DNA from: Eutreptiella sp. 'Long Island Sound 2002'
Taxonomy: Eukaryota; Protista; Euglenida
Length of the DNA: 64,000 bases
Assembly: GCA_964036045.1 (NCBI GenBank)
Contig: OZ038378.1
Location: 29,946,001-30,010,000, forward strand
Reading direction: 5' to 3'
In this document: piece after piece, positions 22,683 to 35,578 of the stretch
Layout: each line of letters starts with the position of its first letter
How positions within the stretch are numbered: the stretch's first letter is position 1
Made by a program: the position numbers and the translations under genes
The notes under the pieces: generated by a model
The model's input: only the letters and a program-made list of their open reading frames with translations
Database searches by the model: none
Told to the model about the DNA's origin: nothing

Positions 22683-25654
22683 CAAGGATGAATTAAACAC
22701 TGGCCAAAAGATTTTTGGCCAGTGGCCAGTAAAGTATTGATTTCAATGTTTATTTTTGTTCATTTTGTGTTTTTTTTGTCATTTTTGCTAATTAACTAAT
22801 GCTTGTTGCAAGTCCATTTGCACTTCCTATTTGATTGAGGTTGTTATCATCCAAATTGCCTTGAAATACACACTGCCGTTTGGTTTTTTTGTGTTTTTTT
22901 GTCAAAAACTGTAGGAAATGCTTATTACCTGATGTTTTTTGCCAGTTCATTTGCGCTTCCTATGTCCTTGTGGTTGTTTTCATCCACATTGCCTTGAAAT
23001 ACACACTGCTCTTTGGTTTTTTGTGTTTTTTTGTCAAAAAGTGTAAAAAATGCTTATTACCTGATGTTTTTTGCAAGTTCATTTGCGCTGGCTATTTTCT
23101 TGAGGTTGTTTTCATCCACATTGCCCGATGGTTCATTTTTTAAACAAACCATCACACTTTCTACCTTTTACCTGCAAACAGTGGAACCATGATTGAGCAA
23201 ATGACATTGTGCACATGGTATACAATCAATAAAGCAATTTGAAAAAAATCACTTGCAGATTGTCACGGTCAAATTGTGAGCGGAAGTGTGCATGCTTAAA
23301 AGTCAGGAGGCCATTCGCTAGCCGCTGCCTCTCTCTGTTGCAACGTGTCGTGCATATGTCCAAGGCAGAATAGGCGCTCCCCCTCTTCTTCTCCCTCCTC
23401 CCCTAATTCCTCCCCCTCCCTTGCTTTTTCACCCCCACCCCCCTTTGTCTCCTGACCCCCCCCAACATGGTACTGCATTGTTCATCGGTGCCAGAGTCTC
23501 CGTCAATGTGCAGGCGCTTCTCAGCATCTGCACCAGGTTCCTCTTCTCGCAGCCCCCTCCCAGGCACCAATTTTAGACATTTCGAGGAGGCAAGCAGTCA
23601 CACTATGGTCCTGAAGTGCTGAACACGGCTGCGTAATCTGAAATGCGAGTGACATCAGCGAACAGGCTTTCACGACGTCCAGCATGAAAAAGAGAGCACA
23701 CAGAAAGACATAATTTGTCATGGACAGAAGCAAGGCATCCCGGTGTTCCTTGTTTGCGGCCTTGGTCAAGTGAATCTCATGCAATGCAACAACCACAATC
23801 ACATAGCACCGTTTCAGGCGGCGCAAAGCATCACCTGCGAATGCAGACCACCAGCGGGTGTGCAAGACACCCAACTTCAGGGCAGCCGACTCAAGACTCT
23901 GTGCGACAGCCTGCAAGGTTTTTAGCCTAGAGGGGGCGTTATTCCAAAATGAAGCGGCCGATTGCAGGGTATCTGCCAAAAGATCCAAAAACGCGTGGTC
24001 GAGTTGCATGGCGGCCTTGAAGGCCAAGTCACACCTGTGGCAACTCGCATGGTAAGGCACAATCACGTTATACCCTGTTAATTGTTGCTGCAACTCCCCA
24101 AGGATGGCAACCAACCCACCATGTTCACCTTGGACAACGCTTGCGCCGTCGCCAGAATAGAAAAAAATCTTTGGCAACCACATTTCAAGATCCACGCTTC
24201 ATTGGCGTTACCCGCGGGGAGAGGTTGGCATGAAAAAAAATTGGTCACCATTCGTGCATCCACGACCGTACGAACATAAAAAAGCTCCTCCTTCTTTGAT
24301 GAACGGGTGTACACGAAGCTGATGCAATGGCGAAAAATTCGCATCCAGTCACAATGGCACCTCAGTTGGCAACGTACAAATCACCGAGGTGACACGGCCA
24401 CCGGTCTTCCACAGGGCAAGAGAGACGCAATGGGTGCCCGATTTACCATGTTCTTTCAAAGAGAACACCTTGAAGTTGGAGGTACCTTGGACAAAGGGCA
24501 CAGAACAGCCAATTTGTGGATGCGTGCGACAAGCCTCGCACCACATCAAGACACAAACCGGGTCGTACCAAAGCCAAGGCCTGGACAAGAGCCACCTTGG
24601 ATTGAACTTGCGCGGCTTGCGCTCTGTAGCACTCCCACCGGAAGCGCATGCGGCACTACAAAGGGTGCAAACACCATCTGTGGTGCATTCACCATTCATC
24701 ATCATCATCATCATTCACCATGCACCCGAAAGTTGCACTTCCGGCATTGCACCAAGTGGGCGATTAGTGCACGCCTGCAAGCCCGACACGTGCATGTGAA
24801 GCAGTGTACCTCGGTGTCGACACGGGCCATACAAGCCTCGTCGACAGTCGCATTACACCTCGTGCAAGAGTGTCTCACACCACATATGTTCGCACTGCAA
24901 CAAGCGCAACGCACAGCAGTCAGCCCAAATGATGCCAAAGTGGGCGTGGTTGCCGGCTGCGGACGCGCGGGCCTAGCGACAACCACGGACGCTGGCTCCT
25001 TGAAGGTGAAGGAATAGCCGTCCCAGGTGCCGTCGCTTTTGGCTGCACGGGCGACTTGGGTGTGCTTGAGCTGCCGCAAAGACCCTCCCGCCTCGGAATG
25101 CAGGAAACGGAGGGCCTCGGCAACACCGTGGAAGTGTAACTAAGCCGCACCCTCAGCCACAACCAGGCCAAGTGGGCGCGTCCATACATCAAACCCCACG
25201 TGAACAACGAGGAAGGGAAAGAGAGTTTGACAAAGGGATATACGGAACAATAAAAAATGTTAATGACACACATGCACACATGCACATGACATGAATGCGG
25301 GGCATGAATGAGTGTACATGGCGTGTCCGTGTGTCCATTCATGCCATGAGCCACATCCTAGATCTTCCCGCTATGATGCACCATGCCGGCTGACACACAA
25401 TACTATTCACCCTTCCCTGCACCACATTCTAACTTTGATACCCTCAAACATGCACAAATGCACAAATGCTCTAAAAATACGTCACACAAGGGATAGAAAC
25501 CATCAGCAATGTATGCAGGAATGCCAATAAACACCAATAAACGTCGATAAACAACGGCTATCCCCCCAAAAGGAGCATTTTTTGAAAAATAAACGCATAA
25601 ACGCGTTTATTTGCCATTTGGCCAGTGGCCTGGCCAGTACTTAATTCATCCTTG
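22683..25654 (-). mobile_element. hAT transposon, internally deleted, in intron 3 of the helicase gene
   Basis: 24-bp TIRs CAAGGATGAATTAA(AC/GT)ACTGGCCA and a perfect 8-bp TSD GAGAAACG (22675-22682 / 25655-25662). TTF-type zinc finger (RKFNPRWL..WCEAC..H..S..H), core SGDGASV and HASCHRCDLA, RW. About 133-bp tandem repeat at 22812-23125. Confidence 0.92.
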
Positions 25655-26118
25655 GAGAAACGGGGTTCGCCTTCTCCTGTGACATTATGCGGTGGCCGCT
25701 GTGTGGCATTGTCCTCACACCTCGCCCCTACCGGATGACATGCTTGCCCACAGCTAATTTCTTCCAAAGGCAAGTGTAGATAAAATCTAGATCCTTGGGA
25801 GGCAGGCAGAGCCGCTGAAAGGCTCGCCACACGCAAGTTCGTGCCTTCGGTTTGCACGAAAGGAGGTACGCACAGACTGGGATACAAGCGAAAACCGTAG
25901 GCCATCCTTAAAGCAGAGTGCAGGAGACACACCGGACACACGCAACTGCGACTCCCATGCCCTCGCTAGGGACACTAGAACCGAGCGCAACTCCTCCTAG
26001 TGAGCTGGGCGCAATTTACAGGTCCCGCGTGTGGTGTTAGGGAGGCGCACGCTCCAAGTGTTTGTATGAACAAGGTCGCGCACTCGTAGCACATACTGGC
26101 GTATAAAATATTGGCAGG

Positions 26119-27180
26119 TCACACCTTGGCCAACCACAGTGAACACCCGAGTATTCCACAACGTCGCACTCGCGACTTGACGCCAATCAGCGATAGGCCA
26201 CCTTGCAACTTGTTTACTTCAGAAAGCGCCTTGACGGGATAGGCCAGCCACGCTTCCCCCCCCCCCCGCCCCGTGATGGCACATGGGGTGAGCTGTAACA
26301 AGAGGAGAGCTGAAACGGAATGCAAGATTCCTTTATACGCCAGCCAGTCCCTTAGCACATTCCGTTGCAGCACACCAAAGCGTGTCGGCTGTTGAAAGTA
26401 CCTCCAAAAAGTGGAGGCATGTGTTGACAGGAGGTAGATATCAGGCATCAAGAGCGCATGATCCCTCTCCGTCCTAGGTAAATGGAGAATGTCGAGCGTC
26501 CGTTTCTAGTTACCAACAATGTTGAAAGCCACCCGCAGTGCCGCTCGTAAGCGGACTAGCACCCCTAGCGGCGCGTAGTATGCCACCGCCGTAACCTGCA
26601 AAATAGGGTAACACCACGTATGAGCGATTTGCACCTTTTGCCATGCTTCTTCAGCCATGGATAGTGGCATTCGAGAAATCAATGTGCAACGATGTTCAGA
26701 GGTAGCGACAACCTTATCAAAAGCAACCTCTGGCGTCACGTCACCAAACAAAGCTCCCAAGTACTTGACAGAGCGAACCACCGCAATGTCGGCCAACTTT
26801 TTAGGCCAGGGGCCCACTCCCTGCGGCCGGGCTTTGGTTTTGGACAAGTTCAAGCGCAAGCTAGTATACTGGCTGAACTCCAAGAAAAGAGAGCAAAATC
26901 GGAGCAGTGCCTCATCAAAATACAACTAGACCGCTGCGTCCAGGGGACAAAACACATAAACCATCAAGGAGGTGAGAAGCGAAAACAAAATCAGGGAGAG
27001 TGGGTCTACGTGGCGGATCCCCGACGCCGATCTCAGGACCTCTTCCCGCACGACATCACCGCCCACCAAAAACAACATCAGCCCCTGCAACATCTGTCCC
27101 GGCACACCTATGCAGGGCACCGGTAAATGAATATACCGAAAAAGTGCTTGCAGCATAGGGTAGCTCACCGAATCATATGC
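26119..27180 (-). pseudogene. Non-LTR retrotransposon reverse-transcriptase fragment
   Basis: SGIRHVDPLSLILF, LYFDE (YADD position), LRLNLSKTK, VKYLG; broken by stops. Confidence 0.8.
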
Positions 27181-28699
27181 CTGTGTGTGTGTGTGTGTGT
27201 GTGTGCGAAGGTATCGGGGGTGAAACATTATTAGAGAGGGTGACCATGGGTCAAGGGCCCCCATGGTCACCTGTGGTGCCATCAAAAGTAGGCCTAACAT
27301 CTACTCCCCATGGCCTGCTTGCATGTCTAGCACCTGTCTAGTCACAGCTTGGGGGCTCGCCTAGGTCAGAACCTCCTGGGGATGGGGTCTCAGGTGACCT
27401 CCGTTCCGGCACGCCTGTGCCATGCTGCATCTTGCAGCTGTAGGCCTGCCCTCTTGCCTGGGGGGGGGGGGGGGTTGCTCCGCTCTCCCCCTCTTGAACA
27501 CCCGCTCCTTGACGGCCAAAGCGGTTGCGGCCGCTTGTCGCTAAAGTGCCCCCCCCCCCCCACCACCGTGGTGCGGGCACCAGCCACGCATGCACGGGCG
27601 CACATCTTGTGCAATTCTATGGGGCGTGGGAGGGTTGGGAGGACGAGGATGCCCAACATGTCTCCTAGCACAGTAGTGCCTCGCCCCCCTGCCCACTGCA
27701 ACACACGAGGCGCATTGTCTCAGTTGGTGTGTGAAGCATAGCCACAAAGGCGGCACGTGGGGCTAGATCGCGGTGCGCTTGGCGTTTGTGCACGTTTTGG
27801 GTGGGGTGAAAAGTGCCACCCTTGCCGGGGGCCCTACTGTCCGTGGGTGGTCCTCCTGCTCCTCCACTTGGCATAGCATGCCCCGTTTGGCCCCCTGCGG
27901 CATTGCTGGGGCCGCATGGAAATCCATCGTGTAAGCCCCCATACTCCGTTTGGCTCCACCTCGCCCCGGGCATCGTTCGGCCTCGCGGTACTTCCCGTCC
28001 TTCCTGCCAGCGTGTGCTGGCTCCTCCGGTGCTTCTTTCGCTACCGCGCCACACTCGCCTGCTGCTATATCGCTTATCGGTCAGAGCTGTATTTTCTTAT
28101 TCTTTGCAAGTGGTGCCCCACTGCCATGGGCCTCATGACATGGGCCGCCCCTTGACCGCGACCACGGTGACAGCCCCAAGGCACCAGGGACCAGCGAACG
28201 GCGCCCGGCAACAATGGCCGCCAGGAGGATGAACTCCACCCCCACTACCTTGCCCACGAGAGTCAACACCACCCAGAGCACCTGTCCCTTCTTCTACAAG
28301 GACATCTCTAATCCCGCAAATTGCGACTGTGGGGTAGGCGGGAGTGGCCTCCTCGTGGGGCACAAAATCCAGCGCAAGCTCCACACAGGACACTTGGCTG
28401 TGTCCCTCGAGGAGGAGATCTTCTGGCCCCAGCCATAGCAATTCGCGGAGTCAACGCAACACTGCTGGCAGGAAATCTGCCCCCCACTTCCAATCCCGAG
28501 GCACGTCTCCAATGGGGGAGGGGGGTCCGCCGGGCATGCCCTTCAGCATGGGAGCTGCAGCTGGTACGAGGGGTAGCGGTCTTGCTACAACTTCCATTTC
28601 CTCCTTCTCCTTTGTCGCCCGTAGCACGGCCAGAAACATTCCATGCAGCTGCCGGACAAACTGCTCTAGTAGGTTGTTGTCCTCTGATGCCCACCGCTG

Positions 28700-30030
28700 C
28701 CGTGCCACGGCCAGCTCATCGAGCTCCCGATGTGCCTCGTGCTAATCCTCCCGAGGGCCTAGCACCCAGTGTCGGGACACTGTTGAGCTCCTTGCATCAC
28801 TGCTTCCACCCTGCTCCTCGCGCCAGTCCACTATGCTCAACCACGGCCTCCAGCAAGAGCCCATAGCTCCGGATGCACGGGGGCGAATTCGACAGCGCCC
28901 CTAGCTTGATCGCCGTGGCCAATAGAATCACCTCTACCAGGAAAGGTGCCATGGCTGACTTCCAGGTTGCACACCACCATAGCAGGTGGTCCTCATCCTC
29001 TTTAGCCCGGTGGTCGCGGTAGGGGCATTGGTCATCTAGCCGCAAACCTCTGCAGCAAGCCCTGTCCGCTGTCCAAAGTGCCCCAGCAAGGGCCCCCGGT
29101 GCAGAAATTTGTAGGATTGTGTGGTCAAATATTTAGTTTATACAGGGTCAAATCCCTGTCCAGCCACGCTTCCATCCCTCCAAATACATGTGGTCTCCTC
29201 ATTTCCAGCGACGCCAGCTCACTTCCCCGAAGTGATTCGTGGAATTGATGCTCCGAGTACTCCTCCTTGGACGAAGTGCACCGCTGTCCCCGTGCCCGGC
29301 AGGGCCCATTCCCACCATCCTCGCATGCAGCACCAGTCCAGCCGCGTGAATTCATGTACCGCCCTACCAAAAGAGGCCGTGGCCTTGGGCAGTTCCGTCT
29401 CCTGCTAGAAGCCTGCGCTACTGCATGTGCCGTGCCTTGAGTGCCTTTGTATGGCACAACCATGGATGGCGCCACCCTGTGGCCCGGTAGCAGCAGCGCG
29501 AACATCACCTCCGTGGCTCTGCAAGGCCTCTCGGGTCCCCAAACCGCCCTCATTATGGTTGTCTCCGTGTTGGTGACGTCTCTTTGCACGATGTCCGCCA
29601 GCTTGACCCCAAATAATGTTGTTGCGACCATCATGGCCGCCGCCACTGTGGCCTTTTAGTTGAAGCCTCCTGGTATAGTGTGCATCTTTTGCAGCGCCTT
29701 CTTGCCTTCCCTAATGCGCTGCTTCAGCAAGGGCCCGGTGCCCCGACATGGTATCGCATGCACTCCCACCCCAAGCTGGCGAAACTCTTGCTGCACCGGC
29801 AACATCTCCCCATTGAGTGTTGCCTCCGGGTCCTCCGGCTGTCACCGGGCCGAGCAGGCCGCCGAGAAGTCCGGCGAGTTCTTCGCATTGACTTCTTGGC
29901 CCCTGAGCCCTAGCCACTTGCTAGTCGCAGCTAGCATGGCAAGCAGTGAAAGGAGGTTGAGGGCCAACATGTAGGTGTCATCAGTAAAGCCTTCCGCTGA
30001 TAGAGTGAAATCCGCCTCTGGGGCTATGTC
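28700..30030 (-). pseudogene. Second non-LTR RT/thumb fragment (different lineage)
   Basis: SFTDDTY (YADD position), GQEVNAKNS, FRQLGVGV, and a C-terminal EDEDHLLWWC zinc-knuckle-like segment. Confidence 0.65.
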
Positions 30031-31638
30031 CGCCTCATCATCCCAATCCTCCGTAACGCTCGTGCTATCGCTCGCTGTGTCTTCTTGGTCCGACCCAAAC
30101 AGATTACGCGGCTAGATGGGCCAGAGGGGCTCCTCCTTCAGCGCATCCGGTTCCCCGTTCCGCGAAGAGAGTTCTCTCAAGGAAGCTCTGGAGTGCTCCA
30201 TGCTCGCAGGGGTTGCCATTTCTTGCAGCCTCAGTTGCCCCCACCCCTTGGTTGCCAGTGTGGTCCCCCCCGCTTGGCACCCCTTCGGTCTCTTGGGCGG
30301 AGTCGTGGCTCCTCCCTGCTAAAGGTTCGGTGGAGGCCCGTGTTCCCCGTCCACAATCCATCCCATTTCCCAACAGCAGCAAGGTTGCACGCAACGCCAC
30401 ACCCAAATGTGGTCCCAGCTTGCCTTAAAATTGGGCCAGTAACACGAGGGCATAACCTCCTCCTTTGGGCCTAGCGGCAGCTCCTTCGTCATCACCGTCA
30501 CCGGTGTCCTCAGAGGTCATCGATGATGCGCTTCCAAGGAATCAATTCCAATCATGCTCAAACTGCGAGGTTCAACGATCCTAAGTCCGTGTGTCTGTGT
30601 GTATGTGTGTATGTGTGCGTGTGTGATGCCCGATGGTTTCAACCAAAACAATAGCGGTCGCTATGACACATTACCACTTTGCAGCTCTGTACGCACTGCT
30701 TGGATCTCCCACCCGTTGTGGCCTTTCCTCCCTCTCGAAGTCTATGTACAGTCCTCATGCGCCTACTGCACCTGCAGCCCCACATGCCCATGCACCATGT
30801 GCCAATCCTTGTGCAAGGGCCCCCAATGGAGCCAGCTCGCGACTGCACATGGCGATGAAATGGCCCATGTGATGCTAACGTGGCACTTTTTGGAGCAAGA
30901 TGTACGGTGATGCTTTTGGTGTGTGAGTGTGTGTGAGGCGCCCAATCATTTCAACAGAATCCATGGTGTTCACTATCATACAGCACCTCGCTGCAGCATT
31001 GTTCGCACTGCAGCAATGTTGGGATGTCCTTCCAGTGCAGCCTTTCCTCCCTCTCAGCATGATCTCAGCATGACACGAAGACGATACACAGCAGATCTGT
31101 GTGTGTGTCTGCGTGTGTGCAGGGGGGTGAGGTCTGGGATACCGGCTTAAAACCGCCCCCTCGCAGGAATTGCAATGGACTGCGGGCCCAGTGATCACAT
31201 CGGCAGAATGAGGGGGGCGGGGGAAGGGCAAGAGGGCACCAGAATGGCCCCAGGACCCTCCCGCTTCCTTGCCGCCTGGGGGCCGCATAGACCAGTGAGG
31301 AAATACCCGCAGAGGGGCCACCACAACATGATGACGGGGGCACAGCAAGCCTGGGAGAGAACAAGAAGACACCCAGCATCAGCCACTCCATCACCGAGTG
31401 CAAATACCCAGAGCGTCTGCCACAATGGCCCAGCCCCATTGCACGACCAAAAAGCTGAGTTTGACAACGTGGGTGTTGACCTTGACCTTGAGGCTGTTGA
31501 CACAGGATCGCTATGCCCCCTCTTCGTTCCCACACACAAACCACTATCACAATGCAGTTCGTCACAGCTCCATTACCCTGGCTTACTGTAAGTATGCAAC
31601 AGAGTCAGGCATCTCGGATATGCGACAGGGGAGCACAC

Positions 31639-31775
31639 CTCACGCTCCTTTTTGACAGCCACACCACCCGTGATCACCGTGAACTTCAATGCCGTATGGC
31701 TCACAATCTTCTCCAGCACGTCGTGAATCTGCACGGCAAGCTCCTTTGTTGGTGCAATGATCAGGATCCCCGTGC
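31639..31775 (-). CDS. DEAD-box helicase exon 3
   Basis: GTGILIIAPTKELAVQIHDV...ITGG (motifs Ia, Ib). Acceptor ccctcag, donor GTGTGC. Confidence 0.92.
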
Positions 31776-33552
31776 CTGAGGGTGGGCAGCGGAGGCCACA
31801 ATGCCTTTGAACCATGGCATAACCCATTTGTACTGGGCACCAGCCACATCTCAGAGCGAAATGCTAAGCGCAGCCACAGCTGCATCTCACGCTCATCCCT
31901 GCTGAGTGCTGCTGCAGCAACCTGGCCAATCAAAGCAACCGACAACGCTGGCCAGGATAACAATGCCTGCCCCCAGATGCATGTGCAGGTGCAATCCATA
32001 TGCCGCCGAGGCAAAAAAAAAAAGGAGCCCCACTCTGGTACAACTGGACAACAATAGTGCATCACCTGCTCAGGAACAGATGTCGCTTACGGGGCAAACG
32101 GTGTTGGTTGGCCTGTGGGAGCATGTTGGAGACACCGGGCCCAGCTCCTTGGTTAGTATGCGATGCCCCCCCCCTCCCACTACCTGTTGGCCGGCGGCCC
32201 CCAAAGGGGGGGCTCTGAGAGGGGCGATTTTTTTTGGGGGGGATTCCTGTTAGTGCCTATATTTGCTGGAGTTGTTTGGCCGACGGCTTGTACCATCTGT
32301 GGGGTGGGAGGAAACAGGGCCGGCATGGCTGCTCTGTTGACCTTGATTCGTGTGTACATCCCCTGGGTTTATTCACACGTGGTGATGGGGTGAAAGAATC
32401 CTTGTCCGGGACCGCCCTGTTCCATTGTGTTGTGGGTGGCTATGCACACATGGTGCTTGGTTTCAGGTTAAACATCCTGATGGGGGTTTGTGGGGACCTG
32501 GGGCTTTTATACACAGGATTGCCATGGCAGGGCCATGGGGGAGAACACAATCCAAAATCACAGTGAGTGGGCTTTAGGGTGTGGGTGGTGTGGCACCAGT
32601 ATCATGCACTACACGGCGTGTGTAAACTGCGGGGCCAACTCACTGTGCCCCCCCGCCCCCCGCCCCGCAACCCATAGGCACCAACCACGCCTTCCACAGC
32701 CAAGTCAGTGCTGGAGTTGGTAAGCCTAGCATGGACTCGGAGTGTGCATCTTGATGCACCTGGTCAACAGCACGGGCAACAGCCTGTCTCTGGGACAGCC
32801 AACCCCGGAGTAGTCAAACAGGACAAGTCATCCAAGGGCTCCATTGACACAACCAAAACACGTTCGGACCCACAGAGGGTCGGAGTGTGCAGTGTTGAGA
32901 GGCCAATAGGCGCTGCCAAAGGCAAACAAACCAAAACCATGGCCTCGTGCCAAACTTCTGTTCCCACAGTGACTAGTGACTGGGGGATACGTAAGCAGGA
33001 CACGTGGTGCAGGTCCGCAGCCAACACTCTGGTCCACCATTCCATCATCGTGCCATGCCATGGTCCCCATGTGTCGAGCCACATATTTCGGAATGCGACT
33101 TTCCATCGCATACAATGAATGAGGTGGTTATGGACTGTGGTACCGTGGTGGAGGGGGCGAAGTGGGCACTTGGGGGTCACATGTTCCCAAGCAAGTTCCG
33201 TCCCAGTGCTGCGTCTTTCTCCCCGCATGGGCAGCGAAGACGTCCAATGTGTGCCGTCGAAAGTTGCAATGCGCCTCCTCTAGAGAATCCATTTCCGTGC
33301 CGGACTCGGAGTAGGTCTGCCACAAACCGCGATATCCTCCGGTCGGGAAGGATCGTAATCTGGGACTGACAGCCGCATGTTTTTGCAGTAAACGTGAGTA
33401 CCGTTTACTCACAATTACCGCAAAAGCAAATGACACCACGGTGCGATTTGTTTGTTACACGCATTTACCGCAAAAAAAAATTAAACGAATTACAACATAC
33501 ACAGTCGCAGTGCAGAGTCGCTGTTTAAACCTATGAAAACCTGAAACCTGCC

Positions 33553-35380
33553 CACGGGGGGGGGCGACCCCTCGGTTCTGGACGCCAACTACCCCCCCAA
33601 CTAACTGTTGGCCAGAGGCCCCTTGGGGGGGGTTCAGGGAGGGCGAATGGGGGGGGGGTATAGGAGGGGCTGGGGGGGGGGGGTCCAGGTGGGGCGATTT
33701 GGGGTGTTGGGGGGGGGGGGGCACAGGCTCCCCTTACCTCCCCTTGCCCTCCTCTAACCATACCATCACCATAAACCTAACCCTAACCTTTGCAGCCACT
33801 TGGTTTGGCCATGCCAGCCATGTTGATTGGGTTGAACAAGATCCCCCCAATTAGGTTCATGGTTGCTTTTGCCACATTATTGCTCTCCATTTTGGACCCC
33901 AACACTCACTTTGACCCTAGCCTAGGGTGAGAGCCAGGGCTAGGGTTAGGGCTAGGGTTACCGAGCTGGTGGAACCAGTCTTGGTTTTATAACCCTTTTT
34001 AGTGTCTAGGGTGGACCTACCAGGTTTAGCAGCAGCAGCAGCAAGCAGCAAGCAGCAGCAGCAAGCAGCAAGCAGCAGCACGCGCGAAATGGGTAAAAAT
34101 CAGATTTCCGTCGTGGTGCTTCAGATTCGGGTGAAATTTTGGTGGATGATACCTATGGGTGTGAAGTACAATCACACAAAGTTTGAGCAAGAAACTCAAC
34201 GGTGGCGGCCGGGAACGGGATTCGCAAGTGGCGGACCTCAGTTTCAAAATCTGCAGTTTAGGGCCAAAAACAGCCATTTTTGGGCCAAAAATGCCCTGGA
34301 ACACATTCAAAACGGCCAAACGAAGGGAAACGGTGGGTACACTCCACGTGCCGCTTGACTTCCCCGTGTCAACGAGCTCTTTGCGGCCCTCTAACTCCAT
34401 GATATGCCGCGGAAGTGGCCCAAAAAGGCCCCCAGAAGCTCCAAATGCCGACAGCCACAAACCAAGAATAGGCCATATCTTTGGCTACATGGCTCAAAAT
34501 GCGATTCCGAGGGCACCTAATCCACCCGCAACCCCCCACGTTTTGTGGTTTCCACCCCTCAGAATTGCCCAAACGGACGCCTAGACCCCAATAACTAGGC
34601 CCACTAGGCTGTGGCAAGCTGCAAGCTCAAGCCCAAACAGGTGGGTACCCAAATGGGTCAACAGGGTCCGAAAGGGGTAAAAATGTGACTTTCCGCAAAA
34701 ATGATCCTAGACCATGTGCGACGCTAAAACAAGTGTTTTTGGACCGTTTTGAGCTTGTGGTGGCCCATTTGGGTCGTCCAAAAATCCCAAAATGCCTTGA
34801 AAATGGGCTGTTTTGGGACCAAAAATGGGTCAAAAATGGGTCAAAAACACATTTTTCCAAAACTCATCGTAGACCATTTGGGGTGCACAAAAGGGTGAAA
34901 TGAGCCCATTTTGAGCCCATTTTGGGGCATTTTGGCCCCTGAGAAGTCCAAAAAGCCTTGAAAGTGGGCGTCGTGGTGATGGGGTTCAGGTGCATTTCAC
35001 TTTGTCAAGAGCCATCAGTGTGTGAATCATTCTTGATGTCCCTCACCATTCATATCTAATGTTCCCTCCCCCACCAGCTCGGTCCCAATATTCAGTCTTG
35101 ATTAGGGTTAGGGTTGGGTGTAGGGACAGGAGCAAGCTGAGGGTTGGGGGTGGGTGTTAGAGTCAAGGTTGGGTTTAAGGATAGTGTTGGGGTGCAAATT
35201 GGACAAAATTTTCCTTAGGGCACCTTTGGTGTTCATGGAGCATCGGGCGCCTTAGGCGCCCATGGAGGCCTGAGGGCGACACCTTTGGCAACTAACTGTT
35301 GGCCGAAGGCCCCTAGGGGGGGGGGGGGGGGGGGCAGGGGTAGTTGGCGTCCTAGGACCCGCGGAGTCGCCCCCCCCGGG
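33553..35380. mobile_element. Second copy of the telomere-repeat MITE, interrupted by a nested 1.1-kb element
   Basis: TIRs C(A/C)CGGGGGGGGCGAC..GGACGCCAACTAC, with 8-bp direct repeat AACCTGCC at 33545-33552 and 35381-35388. Confidence 0.75.
33960..35083. mobile_element. Non-coding element with 13-bp TIRs ACCGAGCTGGTGG inserted in the TTAGGG-like core
   Basis: Inverted repeats at 33960-33972 and 35071-35083. The sequence is absent from the 18.3-kb copy; no clear TSD. Confidence 0.6.
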
Positions 35381-35422
35381 AACCTGCCATTTCTCGAAAC
35401 GTGCACACAGCTGAGGTAACAC

Positions 35423-35578
35423 CTGTGGTACGCTCCTTCAGAAGGGTATTCACAGCCGGGATGAGGAAAGCAAGGGTCTTTCCAGACCCGGTCTTGGCCT
35501 GCCCCACCACGTCCTGCCCATACAGCAACGCTGGGATGCACTTCTGCTGGATGGGGGTCATAGTGGAGAAGGGCAACC
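35423..35578 (-). CDS. DEAD-box helicase exon 2
   Basis: [37 protein letters not shown] (Q motif and motif I). Acceptor tttcag, donor GTGTTA. Confidence 0.93.
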
